IMG/VR virus record: IMGVR_UViG_3300050821_004020
Span: 9,302-73,301 of that record
Source: a virus
Taxonomy: Duplodnaviria; Caudoviricetes
DNA: 64,000 nucleotides
Direction: 5' to 3' (one strand)
The position numbers and the translations under genes are program-made. The number at the start of each line of letters is the position of its first letter. Position 1 is the stretch's first letter. Below are positions 53,968 to 64,000 of this stretch, one piece after another. The notes under the pieces were generated by a model. The model searched no databases and was not told where the DNA came from. It was given only the letters and a program-made list of their open reading frames with translations.

Positions 53968-53976
53968 GGAAAAGAC

Positions 53977-54624
53977 ATGATTCTTCAAGGTAACCAAGGC
54001 CAAACCGGTAAGCAGACCGGACAGAACATTACTGTTGGAGTTGGTGAATATAGCGAAGCACTTGTTAGCGAGTTACAGCCTCGTTACTACGAAAACGCTT
54101 ATCGCGGTAACTTGTTCTATGCAGTCAACATAGCTGCTCAAGCTTTGTCAGTCGCTTCTTCAACGTATACCGGACTTGTTGTTCAGAATCCAGCCGGCTC
54201 CGGAAAGAACTTAATAATTCAGGAAGTTATTTACAGCCCCACAATTGCGTTCACTGCGGTCGGAGCCGTTATTCTTGGTTGGGGTGGTACAACTTCTGCC
54301 GGTGTTCCTGTCGCTCTCACTACAGGTAACTCTTCTGGCCCCGCAGGGCTATCTGCCATCGTCGGTGCTAACTCTTCGTCCGTTGCCAAGGTGGGTGCTT
54401 CTTGCACCTGGGCAGTAAACGGTGCCGCCGCAGCCCCGACTTTTTTACGTCCGCTATTCTCAATGCAGTTCAGCGGAACAGTAGCATCAGAAACAATCGC
54501 CGTTTGTAAGGATGAAGTCGCTGGATCAGTGATCGTTCCTCCTGGCGTGCAGATTGGTATTGAGGCTATCACCACCGCCACGACAGGAATCGGCTACATT
54601 TCGTGGATTGAATTGCCGCTCTAA
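53977..54624 (+). CDS. hypothetical virion protein
   Basis: ORF track; beta-rich. Confidence 0.7.
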   Translation: MILQGNQGQTGKQTGQNITVGVGEYSEALVSELQPRYYENAYRGNLFYAVNIAAQALSVASSTYTGLVVQNPAGSGKNLIIQEVIYSPTIAFTAVGAVILGWGGTTSAGVPVALTTGNSSGPAGLSAIVGANSSSVAKVGASCTWAVNGAAAAPTFLRPLFSMQFSGTVASETIAVCKDEVAGSVIVPPGVQIGIEAITTATTGIGYISWIELPL

Positions 54625-54659
54625 ATTTCTTAAGTAATACAATCTAATAGGAGAAAACA

Positions 54660-55069
54660 ATGGATATTCAAAAAATCTTCGCGGAGATCGGTCGTCTGCA
54701 TCTTGAAGTGGCCCAGCTTCGTGAACAGCTAGCGCAGTATCAGCAGGCAGCGCAAGTGAATAAGCCAGCTGAAGACGCAGCGGCCTAAGGAAGAACATGA
54801 AGGTAATTCCTCTTACAGACGCGCAGAAGGCGCAGATCGCCACACTCCAACAGGCGATCATTCAAGCTCAGGACGCAGCCAGCCAGGCGCAGACCCCGGT
54901 TAACGCCGCGAGAAATGCGCTTAACGTCTACTTGAATAGTATTGCCACCGCGCCGGCAACCGCAGGCAACAAAGCTACGTCTGGTGCCGTTGCTACCGCC
55001 GTTAGCGGGCCACAGCGACCACTCCGGGGCATTCAGCTGTCTGATGACGGCTCATTTTTAGTTATGTAA
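54660..55069 (+). other. two small coiled-coil genes (54660-54788, 54797-55069)
   Basis: SD AGGAG and AAGGAAG; hand translation plus ORF track. Confidence 0.6.
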
Positions 55070-55139
55070 TCTTCCGCGCAAGCGGGAAATCCAACTGACC
55101 TTAAGAACCGGGATGCTGGTCAGTCATCCGTTAAGGTGA

Positions 55140-55949
55140 ATGATGATGCATCGAAAAAACTTCGTAGCTGCGATCCGTGTAGGCGGTAAAGTCCTACGGG
55201 AATCCAGTGAACGAGTAGAACTACCATTTGGCGCTGAATATGACGTCCTGTTGAAGAATATTGACACCGTTCGTATGCAGGCGAAGATTCAGATTGACGG
55301 TCAAGAAGCTTCCGGTTGGCTCGTTCTTAACCCGGGCGAGAAGATCGCCGTTGAGCGCTTTTGTAAAGATAATCTAGAGAGCGGCAATCGTTTTAAGTTC
55401 ATTGAGCGTACTGCCAAGGTTGAAGAGCACCGTGGCGTTCAAGCTGAAGACGGTCTAGTCAGAATTGAATTTAAGCGCGAAAAAGTAGCCCCGATGTATA
55501 GGTACACGCATTGGATTAACACTCCTTACTATTATTGGACTGATCGTTGGTCTTACGCTGTACCCCAGTGGACCACCATTTGCAATTCATCCAGCTCAAG
55601 CGGCGGTTTAATGAAGTCCGCGTCTATGAGTAGGGGTACTGTAAACAACGCTTCGTTTAGTGGCGCGATAACCCAGCAGGGTCAGAATTTTCAGTGTAGC
55701 TCGAATGACGCTGGCATTACCGTGCCAGGTTCTCTATCAGATCAAAAGTTTTATGCCGTATCCGACTTTGAGACGGAGCCATCAGAAGTCATGGTTCTGC
55801 ATCTAGTTGGTAGCACCCAGAAGGCTCCCGTTAAAGTCGCAAAGACCGTTAACAGAAAACCTAAGTGTGTTACGTGCGGTAAGACGAACAAAGGCAGTTC
55901 CAAGTTCTGTACGGAATGCGGGACGAGCCTGGAAAGGATTTCAGCATAA
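55140..55949 (+). CDS. hypothetical protein with C-terminal double zinc ribbon
   Basis: CVTCG..KFCTECG. Confidence 0.75.
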   Translation: MMMHRKNFVAAIRVGGKVLRESSERVELPFGAEYDVLLKNIDTVRMQAKIQIDGQEASGWLVLNPGEKIAVERFCKDNLESGNRFKFIERTAKVEEHRGVQAEDGLVRIEFKREKVAPMYRYTHWINTPYYYWTDRWSYAVPQWTTICNSSSSSGGLMKSASMSRGTVNNASFSGAITQQGQNFQCSSNDAGITVPGSLSDQKFYAVSDFETEPSEVMVLHLVGSTQKAPVKVAKTVNRKPKCVTCGKTNKGSSKFCTECGTSLERISA

Positions 55950-56040
55950 GTTTGATCGCGTGCCCAGAGGGCATCGTCAAATACAACGGTGGCGTTAGTC
56001 GGGAAATTTGGCGGCGGCGTTATCGGTATAGGAGCATCAT

Positions 56041-56664
56041 ATGTCAGTAATTGCAGAATATCTAGTAAGTGGAGCCAGCCCGGCAACAGTTGGCGGACTA
56101 GGCACCGGCATTTTGTACTTCGCGGACCTTCCAGGACGTCCAGGATGGAACTCGGGGGCAACAGGCGTAAACACCGCAATTGACAATCTTCAACAGGGTG
56201 TTGTGCCGACTTCAGTAGCGCCAGCAGGCGGTCTACCAGTCCCAGGTCGTAATATTCTAAACGGACAGCGTTTTGAGATTATGGCTTCAGGTAACATTGT
56301 CTTCGGAGCGACAGAAGCCTCAACCACAGGTCTTGTAACCATTTATTACAACCTGGGCGGCACTGACGTAACGTGGCACACACTGAACTCTCAGACACTG
56401 ACCAACCAAGCGCAGGACTCTGTTTACTACCCTTGGCACATCAGCTCAGTTCTTGAGGGAGATACTCTTTCAGGACTATTGCAGTCTTATAAGAGCCCGT
56501 CCGGCATGTTTAATGGTACCGCGCAGGCAGCGGCTACCACAGCGATTTCCGGTGTCAACTTTGCGCAGGAGCCAGCATTCTCAGTGGCTGTCGGCGTAAC
56601 ATTTGGCGCTTCAAACGCTAACAACAGTGCCAACCTGTATCAGTTCCAAGTAAACTTGTTCTAA
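56041..56664 (+). CDS. hypothetical virion protein
   Basis: SD AGGAG; beta-rich. Confidence 0.7.
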   Translation: MSVIAEYLVSGASPATVGGLGTGILYFADLPGRPGWNSGATGVNTAIDNLQQGVVPTSVAPAGGLPVPGRNILNGQRFEIMASGNIVFGATEASTTGLVTIYYNLGGTDVTWHTLNSQTLTNQAQDSVYYPWHISSVLEGDTLSGLLQSYKSPSGMFNGTAQAAATTAISGVNFAQEPAFSVAVGVTFGASNANNSANLYQFQVNLF

Positions 56665-56670
56665 TCCAAC

Positions 56671-56705
56671 CGGGGCAGTTAAGTCTGCCCCGCCTCTTCC
56701 TTTCT
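56671..56705 (+). terminator. possible terminator hairpin
   Basis: CGGGGCAG-TTAAGT-CTGCCCCG followed by a pyrimidine run. Confidence 0.45.
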
Positions 56706-56798
56706 AGTGACGTAGCGGAGTCGCAGTTATTTAACGCGATCCCTCCCACCAGAGCCTGTGAAATCCAGAGCCAGTCAGGTTACAGCCCCGACACATTT

Positions 56799-58342
56799 AT
56801 GGATAAAGATCAAGTTCAACTGATAATGAAGGAAATTTCTGATACTCGAGCGGAAACACTCAGAGCTATTGGAGAGCTACACCAGCAATTTTCCGGCTTC
56901 AAAGGCGGAATGGATGTGCGCGTTAAGACCGTAGAAGACCGCCAAGCAGATATGGCCAAGCGCCAGTGGTATCACTCTACTATCGTGTTCGCCGGCGGGG
57001 TTCTTCACCACAGTCTTGCTCAGTGGTTCGGTTGGAAGCTCTAAATGCCGTATTCATCGGATGCCCAGCGGAAGTTCTTTAACGCCAATAGGGACAAGCT
57101 AGAAAAGCAAGGCGTCGATGTAGACGAATGGAATGAGTCCTCTAAAGGTAAGAAATTACCTGAACGAGTCCACGAGCACTCAAACGTTTCATACCGCGTG
57201 GCTAGAGAAGCCCGTAAGAAGGAATCATGACGACATCGAGACTTAACGTTACAACTGCTCATGCACAGACCGGCACGGTCACTAATACTTCCGCGCAAGC
57301 GGCGGCGGAGATCGCAGCCAATAACATCTCATGCATTAGATTTGGTGCTGACGGAAAAATTGACGGTAAGAAATCCGCCATTATGGACACAGATGTCTAT
57401 AGCACCGTTAAGCTCGCGTCTGACAGAACGATTGATTGGGTCGCCACCCTGGCGGCGCGTTTGACTGTAGCAGCCACTTATAACTGACAAGTTCCGACGG
57501 AAGGAAGAACCATCCGTCCGAGAGCGGTGGCGTACGCGGAATCGATACCGCATCGGGGCCTAGGCCCCTTTCTTACCTAAGTCGCTTAGCGACCCAGAAG
57601 AGCACTTCCGTCGGTCTCTCGGTTTAAAGGAGTATTTATGAAGAAGGGCAAGCACCACAAGACAACTATTCATCACCACGGCGACGGTTCACACACCAGC
57701 ACACGGCACTATAAGCATGATGATGGTACGGAGTCTGAAGAGGGTCAAGGGCACGCGGATCTAGACGGCGTCCATGACATGCTTGAAGATCACCAGGGCT
57801 CACCGAACGTAGGCGAAGCTGCTGCACCTCCTGCAGAAGCCCCAGCTCCTGCTGCGGCGCCAGCTGCAGCTGCCCCAGTGCCAGGGATGTAATCATGGCA
57901 AAACGAGACAGCCACTACCGGGCCGTATTCCATCTGCGCAAGGGCGGCTTGCATGATTGGGCTAGGAAGAAGGGCTGGTCAGGATCTGACAGCGATCCTC
58001 TCCCGGATGAGTACAAGCACGAAGCCGCTAGTTCAGATAATCCGCATACAGCTAAGATGGGTCAGTTTGCATTGAACGCTAAGAAATTCGGAAAGTAAAA
58101 TGTGGCTCAGCAAGATTAGCATGGCCCCGCTTTATGACTTTGCGGGCGGCCTTTCCGAGTTCTGGGCATTGCTCTTTGGCATAACAGCGGTTGTTTTATC
58201 CTTCAAAGGAAAGCTAGACGGGAACTTCGCATTGACTATCACCGCGCTGCAGACGTTGCTTTGCGCTCATGACACGATGGATGACTACCACGAAAGGAAA
58301 ACTAGAGAAGCAGTATTCAGTAAAAATGAACTCATAAAGTAG
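56799..58342 (+). other. six small late genes (56799-57044, 57045-57230, 57227-57487, 57638-57892 His-rich, 57895-58098, 58100-58342 membrane)
   Basis: ORF track; co-oriented and tightly packed. Confidence 0.65.
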
Positions 58343-58356
58343 CATAGGAGCCCACA

Positions 58357-60573
58357 ATGGCATTAACCGGGCAAGCAAAGAAGGACAACGAATTCGTTAG
58401 ACCAAGAGCCGTGAAACAGACCGAGTTCTGGGGCTCAATATTTAAGTCAGAGGAATCCGAGTTAGCAGGCCGGGATGATATTGATCCTGAAGTTCTGATA
58501 ACCATTCTTAATCCAAATAAGAGATTCAGGTCGGAAGCTCTGTCCACCGAGGATTTGTGGTTTAAGTATATTGGCATTGAGAAGGAGTCTGAGGAAGAAA
58601 TAGAACGCCGTGGTCGGGGGAAGAAGAGCAAAGAAACTAGGCTCGAGCCTATCAGGGCTCGCAGGCTCCCTGGGAGATTCAGCGACGACGGCTACTTAAC
58701 TTTCACTAATTGGCTATATGCTAGGGATCAGGCTCGTAAAGATTTGCTATGGTTATCTACTAGCGTACTGGGCGAGACTAGAGTTGATCCGTTTGTTCAT
58801 CAGATAATTTGTGACCAGTTTATTCAGCCGAACTTTGACGGCGTGTATCATGGCGGTTACGCCCTGGAAGAAGTTCAGTCCGCGTTGGATAGTCAAAGTC
58901 GTGTTCCCCGCCGCTGGAATGAAGAGCATAAGAATTATGTAACAGCATCCCAGGAAGATCTCGAGAACGAAGAGAATCGTGCTCGAATGATGATCTTGTT
59001 GGACGCTCGTGGGTTTTATAAGTCAACCCTGAATCGCGCCCACGCAATTCAAATGATATTGAATTGCCCTGATATCACCATGATGATTATGACCGCTGCC
59101 ACGTCTTTGGCGACGGCTTTCGTTCAGATCATCAAGATGAAGTTTTATCTTCCGCGTGGCGGCGAGCCTAAACCGCTGCAGTTGCTATTCCCGGAGTACG
59201 TACTTCGCGGAGTGGACGGCACGTCAGCTGAGCCTTTGCTATGTCCGGCCAGAATCCATGAACGCCCGTATCCCACACTTTGGGCGAACTCAGTTGGTTC
59301 CGTATTGGCTGGTTGGCACTGTGACTACGGCAAATTCGATGATGCCATAGAAATTAAGAATTCGAATACTGATACGCTGCGTAAGCAGCTGCGTAATGAA
59401 ATTGACAACATCATGAACCTAATTGACCCCTGGGGCAAGGTGGACATGATTGGTACGCGGTACTTCCCTGATGATTACTACGGTACCAGGAAGACCAGGT
59501 CAGATGACGATCCAGAAGATTACACGAAGATTAAGTATTTCGTGCGCTCAGCGTGGACGCCCAAGAGTCAAGCATTTGCTGAGATCGAAAAGAAAGACAT
59601 TAACAAGTTGACCTTAGATATGGTCACGCTTGCGTTCCCTCATCAAAAGGGAGATCCCGAGAGGACGTTTGCGTACCTAAAGGGAATTCTTCGCAATAAC
59701 GAACAAACGTTCCGATGCCAGCAGCTGAATCAGCCCGTCTGGGGCGATAGTCTGCCATCCTTCAAGATTGAAGATTTGAAGGCTCCGCATCGCCAGATGA
59801 ACATAGATTACGCTCGCCGGCTGCCCGGCGAAGTAAAGATTCTATGGGATCCGGCCAAGACAGCTAATAAGAATTCAGACTACACAGCCGGCGCGGCATT
59901 CAAGATCTTCCAGAAGGAAGATAAACGTATCGCCGCTATTCTTTTGGAAGTGGTCTACGATAAGTGGACTCAAACCGAGATTGTCCACCAGATGATCGAA
60001 CTAGATCATCGCTGGCAGCTGTGGAGTACGGCTAGGATTGTCAACCGAGCGGAAGATACCGGTGGTCTTGATTTGATGAAGATCAAGGTCATTCAAGACG
60101 CGGTTACCAGATACGGAACACCCCCGCAGTTTTATTGGATTCCCCCGACTAATGAAACGAATGCAAAGCGTAATCGTATCAAGGGTCTCGAGATCCTACT
60201 TCAGGAAGATAGACTATTCTTCGCTGACGGCGCATGGCTACATAGCGAAGACGGCGTATTCGCCCAGCTAGTAGCATACAAAGGTGAGAAAAGTTCTAGA
60301 ACTAGAAAGGATGATATCCCAGATGCAATGTCTTGGATTACAGCCTTTCTACCGAACAGCGTTCAACTGACAGAAGAAGAGAAGGCCTTGCAGGATATTG
60401 CAAAAGAGGCCGCTCAAGCACAGACGCTTTTAAGAGCGCAACACGAGCGTATTTTTGGTCGGGATGTTCCAGGGAATCCCTTTTTAGCTTCGGTGGAAGA
60501 TGACGGACAACCGTCTTCTCCATACGGCGACATCTCAAAGCGGCTGTTTGGCGGTAATGGAATGAGGGCCTAG
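58357..60573 (+). CDS. terminase large subunit
   Basis: Walker A variant ARGFYKST, HCDYGKFDD, IGTRY, nuclease WDPA..SDYTA, KDDIPDA. Confidence 0.9.
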   Translation: MALTGQAKKDNEFVRPRAVKQTEFWGSIFKSEESELAGRDDIDPEVLITILNPNKRFRSEALSTEDLWFKYIGIEKESEEEIERRGRGKKSKETRLEPIRARRLPGRFSDDGYLTFTNWLYARDQARKDLLWLSTSVLGETRVDPFVHQIICDQFIQPNFDGVYHGGYALEEVQSALDSQSRVPRRWNEEHKNYVTASQEDLENEENRARMMILLDARGFYKSTLNRAHAIQMILNCPDITMMIMTAATSLATAFVQIIKMKFYLPRGGEPKPLQLLFPEYVLRGVDGTSAEPLLCPARIHERPYPTLWANSVGSVLAGWHCDYGKFDDAIEIKNSNTDTLRKQLRNEIDNIMNLIDPWGKVDMIGTRYFPDDYYGTRKTRSDDDPEDYTKIKYFVRSAWTPKSQAFAEIEKKDINKLTLDMVTLAFPHQKGDPERTFAYLKGILRNNEQTFRCQQLNQPVWGDSLPSFKIEDLKAPHRQMNIDYARRLPGEVKILWDPAKTANKNSDYTAGAAFKIFQKEDKRIAAILLEVVYDKWTQTEIVHQMIELDHRWQLWSTARIVNRAEDTGGLDLMKIKVIQDAVTRYGTPPQFYWIPPTNETNAKRNRIKGLEILLQEDRLFFADGAWLHSEDGVFAQLVAYKGEKSSRTRKDDIPDAMSWITAFLPNSVQLTEEEKALQDIAKEAAQAQTLLRAQHERIFGRDVPGNPFLASVEDDGQPSSPYGDISKRLFGGNGMRA

Positions 60574-60579
60574 CAAATA

Positions 60580-62697
60580 ATGGAGCAATTATCGCAGCAG
60601 GCAGCCGAAGAGCTGATGAACCGAGAGACTATCCCTGCTGCGGAGATAACGTCTAAAAGCATGACGATTGACCCGGAGACGGGCGCGTACATGTTTGATG
60701 ATGAGTCCGCGTTGAAGTTAGTCATTGACGACGCATCTCAAGCGGATAACTACGCGAATATCAATCAGTGGGCTAGCTATTGGACTCAGTCTGACGTCAT
60801 TCTGCAGAGCCCTACACAGGCGTCCGCGTTTGACGGCGGCAACGTCGCTCAGGCGAACGTCCCAAAGTTCACACTTTCAAATCACCTTAGCGCAATCGTG
60901 CCGAAGGTTATGGAAGGCCTCTTCTATGAGGATCCTCCGTTCATCCTTCGTCCGCGCCCGGGTGTAAAGCCCGAAGTTACTCGTGCCAAGACCGCGTTGT
61001 TTTCAGCGCAGCTCTGGGATATGAAGTTTGAAGAAGAGGTGGAGCGCGGCATTGACCAGATGGCGCTTCTAGGTACTGGGATCTTTAAGTGGGGCTATTT
61101 AGAGTACACCCACAAAGAGAAAAAGTATCGTAGAAAGGCAAGCCCGGTTCAGTTAGATGCGATTGTTCCGACTGATCCAATCAATACTCCAGACTCAGAT
61201 GACTTTGAGCTGTACCTAGACTCCGTAAAGGTTTCTAGGCCATGGATTAAGTACTGCGATATTCGTACGGTTCTAGTAGAGCCCGGCTGCCGTGTTGGAG
61301 ATATCCGTAACGCTAAGTGGGTTATCTATAGAGACTACGTAACGTATGATGATTTAAATGCGATGCGCGAGACTCCGGGATACAGCATTCCGGACGAAGC
61401 CACATTGAAGGCTTGGTTCCTAAACGATCCTAAGTCAGGTCAAGACAACATTACGATGACGATCCCGGAAGGCATGCGCGGATACCTGCAGCATGCGATC
61501 CCGAGAAACTTTAAGAGTTCGGCGGATCCTCTTCAGACTCCTATGGAGCTTCTTGAGAGATGGGACAGAGATAAGGTCATCGTTGTTCTATCATTCAACG
61601 GCGTAAACATTTTGATCCGCAACCAAGCCAACCCTTACGGGAAGGTTCCGTTCCTTTCAGCCAACTGGCGCAATCTTCCTGACAGCTTCTATGGCCAGGG
61701 CCTGGGCCAGCTAATTGGTTCCGAGCAGATTGTAGAGCAAGGTGTAACCAACCTTGCGCTTGATCTTTTGGCGTACGGACTACAACCGACAGCTGTGCGC
61801 AAGAAGGGCTTCAACGTCCCAACACAGATGACCCGCTGGAAGCAGGGCGGCATCATTGACGTGGATGATGACGTTGAGAAAGCGTTTAAATTTTTGACTA
61901 TGCCTCCAGTCCCAGGAGAGGCATGGCAGTTTATTCAGCAGGCTCAGCAAGCCGCAGCATCAACCTCTGGCGCAAATGAGATTGTAGGACAGGGCGGAAC
62001 AACGGGCGGCGGACGCGGTACCGGGATGCGATCCGGTACTGGCGCGGCTGCAGTTATCCAAGCTAACGCAAGTAGATTGGACGGGCCGACATCCAGATTG
62101 GTGCGCCAGGTCTTTGAACCGTGGCTGTACCAGATGGACGAACTGAACAATCAGCTGCTTCCTACATCCGTTCTTAGACGTGTACTTGGAGAAGAGCTAG
62201 GGAACATCTACCTTGGCGATCACATTGAATTCAGGAACGCGAAGTTTGAATACGAAGTTCTAGCGGGAGCCCACCTAGGCGCCAAGAAAGAAATGGCGCA
62301 AGCGTTACCAGTGATCATCCAGCTTTTGAATTCTCCGACTTTCACCAAGAACGTTAACGATGCTCATTGGCAGTTTGACGCCGTGGCCATCTTCAAGGCC
62401 TTCACGGACGCAGCCGGCTGGAAGTTCAGCCAGGAATTCCTTCGTCCTATGACGCAGCAAGAAGCGCAGCGTTACGAGGCTAACTCTCCATCTGCTATGC
62501 AGGCTAAGCAATTGCAAGCGCAGCAAGCATTGGAGACCCAGAAGTTCCAGCAGCAAAGAAAGCTCCAGGATGAAGAACAGCTTGGTAAGGCCGGGGCAGA
62601 AGTTCTCCGTGCATCTACAGAGCATTCTTTGAACCAGGAGTTAGAGGGCGAGCCAAGCAGCAATGCACAGAGTTTCGGATCAGAAGTTTCAGTCTAA
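60580..62697 (+). CDS. portal protein
   Basis: 705 aa directly after terminase; FYGQGLG, SGANE, P22/T7-like portal features. Confidence 0.85.
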   Translation: MEQLSQQAAEELMNRETIPAAEITSKSMTIDPETGAYMFDDESALKLVIDDASQADNYANINQWASYWTQSDVILQSPTQASAFDGGNVAQANVPKFTLSNHLSAIVPKVMEGLFYEDPPFILRPRPGVKPEVTRAKTALFSAQLWDMKFEEEVERGIDQMALLGTGIFKWGYLEYTHKEKKYRRKASPVQLDAIVPTDPINTPDSDDFELYLDSVKVSRPWIKYCDIRTVLVEPGCRVGDIRNAKWVIYRDYVTYDDLNAMRETPGYSIPDEATLKAWFLNDPKSGQDNITMTIPEGMRGYLQHAIPRNFKSSADPLQTPMELLERWDRDKVIVVLSFNGVNILIRNQANPYGKVPFLSANWRNLPDSFYGQGLGQLIGSEQIVEQGVTNLALDLLAYGLQPTAVRKKGFNVPTQMTRWKQGGIIDVDDDVEKAFKFLTMPPVPGEAWQFIQQAQQAAASTSGANEIVGQGGTTGGGRGTGMRSGTGAAAVIQANASRLDGPTSRLVRQVFEPWLYQMDELNNQLLPTSVLRRVLGEELGNIYLGDHIEFRNAKFEYEVLAGAHLGAKKEMAQALPVIIQLLNSPTFTKNVNDAHWQFDAVAIFKAFTDAAGWKFSQEFLRPMTQQEAQRYEANSPSAMQAKQLQAQQALETQKFQQQRKLQDEEQLGKAGAEVLRASTEHSLNQELEGEPSSNAQSFGSEVSV

Positions 62698-62712
62698 TAC
62701 AAAGGAATAACA

Positions 62713-63042
62713 ATGGCACGACCGCTTTTAATGGATGAGCTTAATCCCGTTGAGAAAGCAAACTTGAGTGCGCTTAAGGCGCTACCAGGATACGCAGTTC
62801 TCGAGAAGCTTCTCATGGCCGCCTGTAGAAAGGCCACTGAAGAGGCTATCGCAGTTAACCCGGCTGACGACGGGTATTTACAAAAGCTATCGGCTCTTCA
62901 GAGCCGCGCACGAGAAAGGAATGAATTTAGTCTTCTGATCCTTCAGTCCGTTGAGTATCACACTCAGGCTGAAGTACCAGAGGAGGAAGAAGGACAATCA
63001 GGCAATCGACTTTTTCAGATGCCTAAAGGGAATAGACAATGA
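62713..63042 (+). CDS. hypothetical head-region protein
   Basis: SD AAGGA; follows the portal gene. Confidence 0.7.
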   Translation: MARPLLMDELNPVEKANLSALKALPGYAVLEKLLMAACRKATEEAIAVNPADDGYLQKLSALQSRARERNEFSLLILQSVEYHTQAEVPEEEEGQSGNRLFQMPKGNRQ

Positions 63043-64000
63043 CCGATATCGTACCGGCAGAACTTACGCCCGAAACTCTTACGTACCAAGACATTCTGAA
63101 GTGGTCCGCGCCGGAAATGAAGCAGAAGTCGCGGTTGCCGGAATGGTCTGATGCCATCAATCAGGTTCTTTTAAGACAATCCGAGCAGTTAGTTGAGGCA
63201 ACGGCAGCGCAAGCTGAAGGTATCGTCGTACCTGTCGAAGATGCGCCGGCAGAAGTGCCGCCAGTCCCGACTGCTGAAGAAGTAGCGGCAGCGGCGGAAG
63301 CTACCAGGGTTGCGGCGGAAGCTGAAGTAGCTAGAGTGGCTGCAGAGGCAGAAGCGGCTCGTGTTGCAGCAGAGGCAGTGAAGCCCAAGAAGATCGTGGT
63401 TGATTACCAGGTGAAGGATGAAGATGGAAACCCGATTGGGCGACCGACTCACTTGGAAGCAACCAGTGAAGAAGAGATGCGTTTGAAGTTAATTGAAGCG
63501 CACACGCAGGCAACCCGTTGGGGCGACCGCCTGAAGAAACAAAAGATTTCAACGCTGAAAGAGCAGCAGCCGGTGACACCGCCAGCAACTGGAATGTCTG
63601 ATGAAGAACTTCTAGCCGCTATGGCGGACATTAAGTCCGGAGATCAGGCAAAGGCTCTTGAAGCGCAAAGAAGGATTACGAAAGCTGAAGTGGATCGCCA
63701 ACTTGCAGATGAACGCGCAAAGAAGGCGGAATTTGATCGTCAGCTTAAGGCTAGCCAGGAGTTCTTGGCTAACCATCGTCATGACTACAATCCATGCGAT
63801 GCCAATACTGGGATAATGCAAGCCTACTTCCGAGACAACAAGTTGCCTTGGACATTGGGTAACCTAGAAATCGCATTTGAAGATTTACAATCCAAGTTTG
63901 CTCCCGTTGTGAAGCAAACGCCCCCGGACGCGCCGGCAATACCGGTAGTGCCAGAGGTTGTAGTTACAACACCAGCAGCACCACCGGTTGTGCAACCGGT
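63039..64000 (+). CDS. probable capsid scaffolding protein, truncated by window edge
   Basis: ATGA overlap; open frame read by hand; acidic Ala/Glu-rich coiled coil. Confidence 0.65.
   Translation, partial: MTDIVPAELTPETLTYQDILKWSAPEMKQKSRLPEWSDAINQVLLRQSEQLVEATAAQAEGIVVPVEDAPAEVPPVPTAEEVAAAAEATRVAAEAEVARVAAEAEAARVAAEAVKPKKIVVDYQVKDEDGNPIGRPTHLEATSEEEMRLKLIEAHTQATRWGDRLKKQKISTLKEQQPVTPPATGMSDEELLAAMADIKSGDQAKALEAQRRITKAEVDRQLADERAKKAEFDRQLKASQEFLANHRHDYNPCDANTGIMQAYFRDNKLPWTLGNLEIAFEDLQSKFAPVVKQTPPDAPAIPVVPEVVVTTPAAPPVVQP

Noticed and set aside
1-64000. CRISPR array, tmRNA, rRNA or integrase
   Set aside because: No regularly spaced repeat-spacer units, no tmRNA ends with a tag frame, and no rRNA or recombinase motifs were seen
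1-64000. Stop-codon reassignment suggested by the large tRNA set
   Set aside because: No CTA, TTA or TCA anticodon was found, and long genes are intact under the standard code using all three stops

Overview
The window is a 64-kb segment of a tailed dsDNA phage (Caudoviricetes) genome. The host is probably a soil bacterium such as an Acidobacterium; this is inferred only from the secreted He_PIG-type Ig and FN3 proteins. Positions 1-40.1 kb are transcribed on the minus strand and carry small early ORFs, a replication/recombination block (family A polymerase, primase-helicase, UvrD helicase, PD-(D/E)XK nuclease, annealing protein), nucleotide metabolism genes, GroES, a Mom-like acetyltransferase, a GH108-type lysozyme and a TROVE-like/TerD fusion. 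A low-coding switch region with 8-bp repeats lies at 40.1-41.6 kb. The plus strand carries an 8-kb array of 34 CCA-encoding tRNA genes covering all 20 amino acids, followed by virion genes, terminase large subunit, portal and a scaffold-like gene cut by the window edge. The main result is an apparent phage-encoded RNA processing and maintenance system. It includes a compact but fully covarying RNase P RNA (49953-50230) inside the tRNA array and several tRNA-like RNAs with remodelled anticodon arms or minihelix form. It also includes a Ro/TROVE-like-TerD gene preceded by two tandem structured RNAs, whose promoter shares 21 identical bp with the tRNA-array promoter. Other notable observations are a tRNA-Gly-derived cloverleaf translated as the N-terminus of the Mom-like gene and a gene whose two internal segments are swapped. 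All structures were folded by eye and no searches were run.
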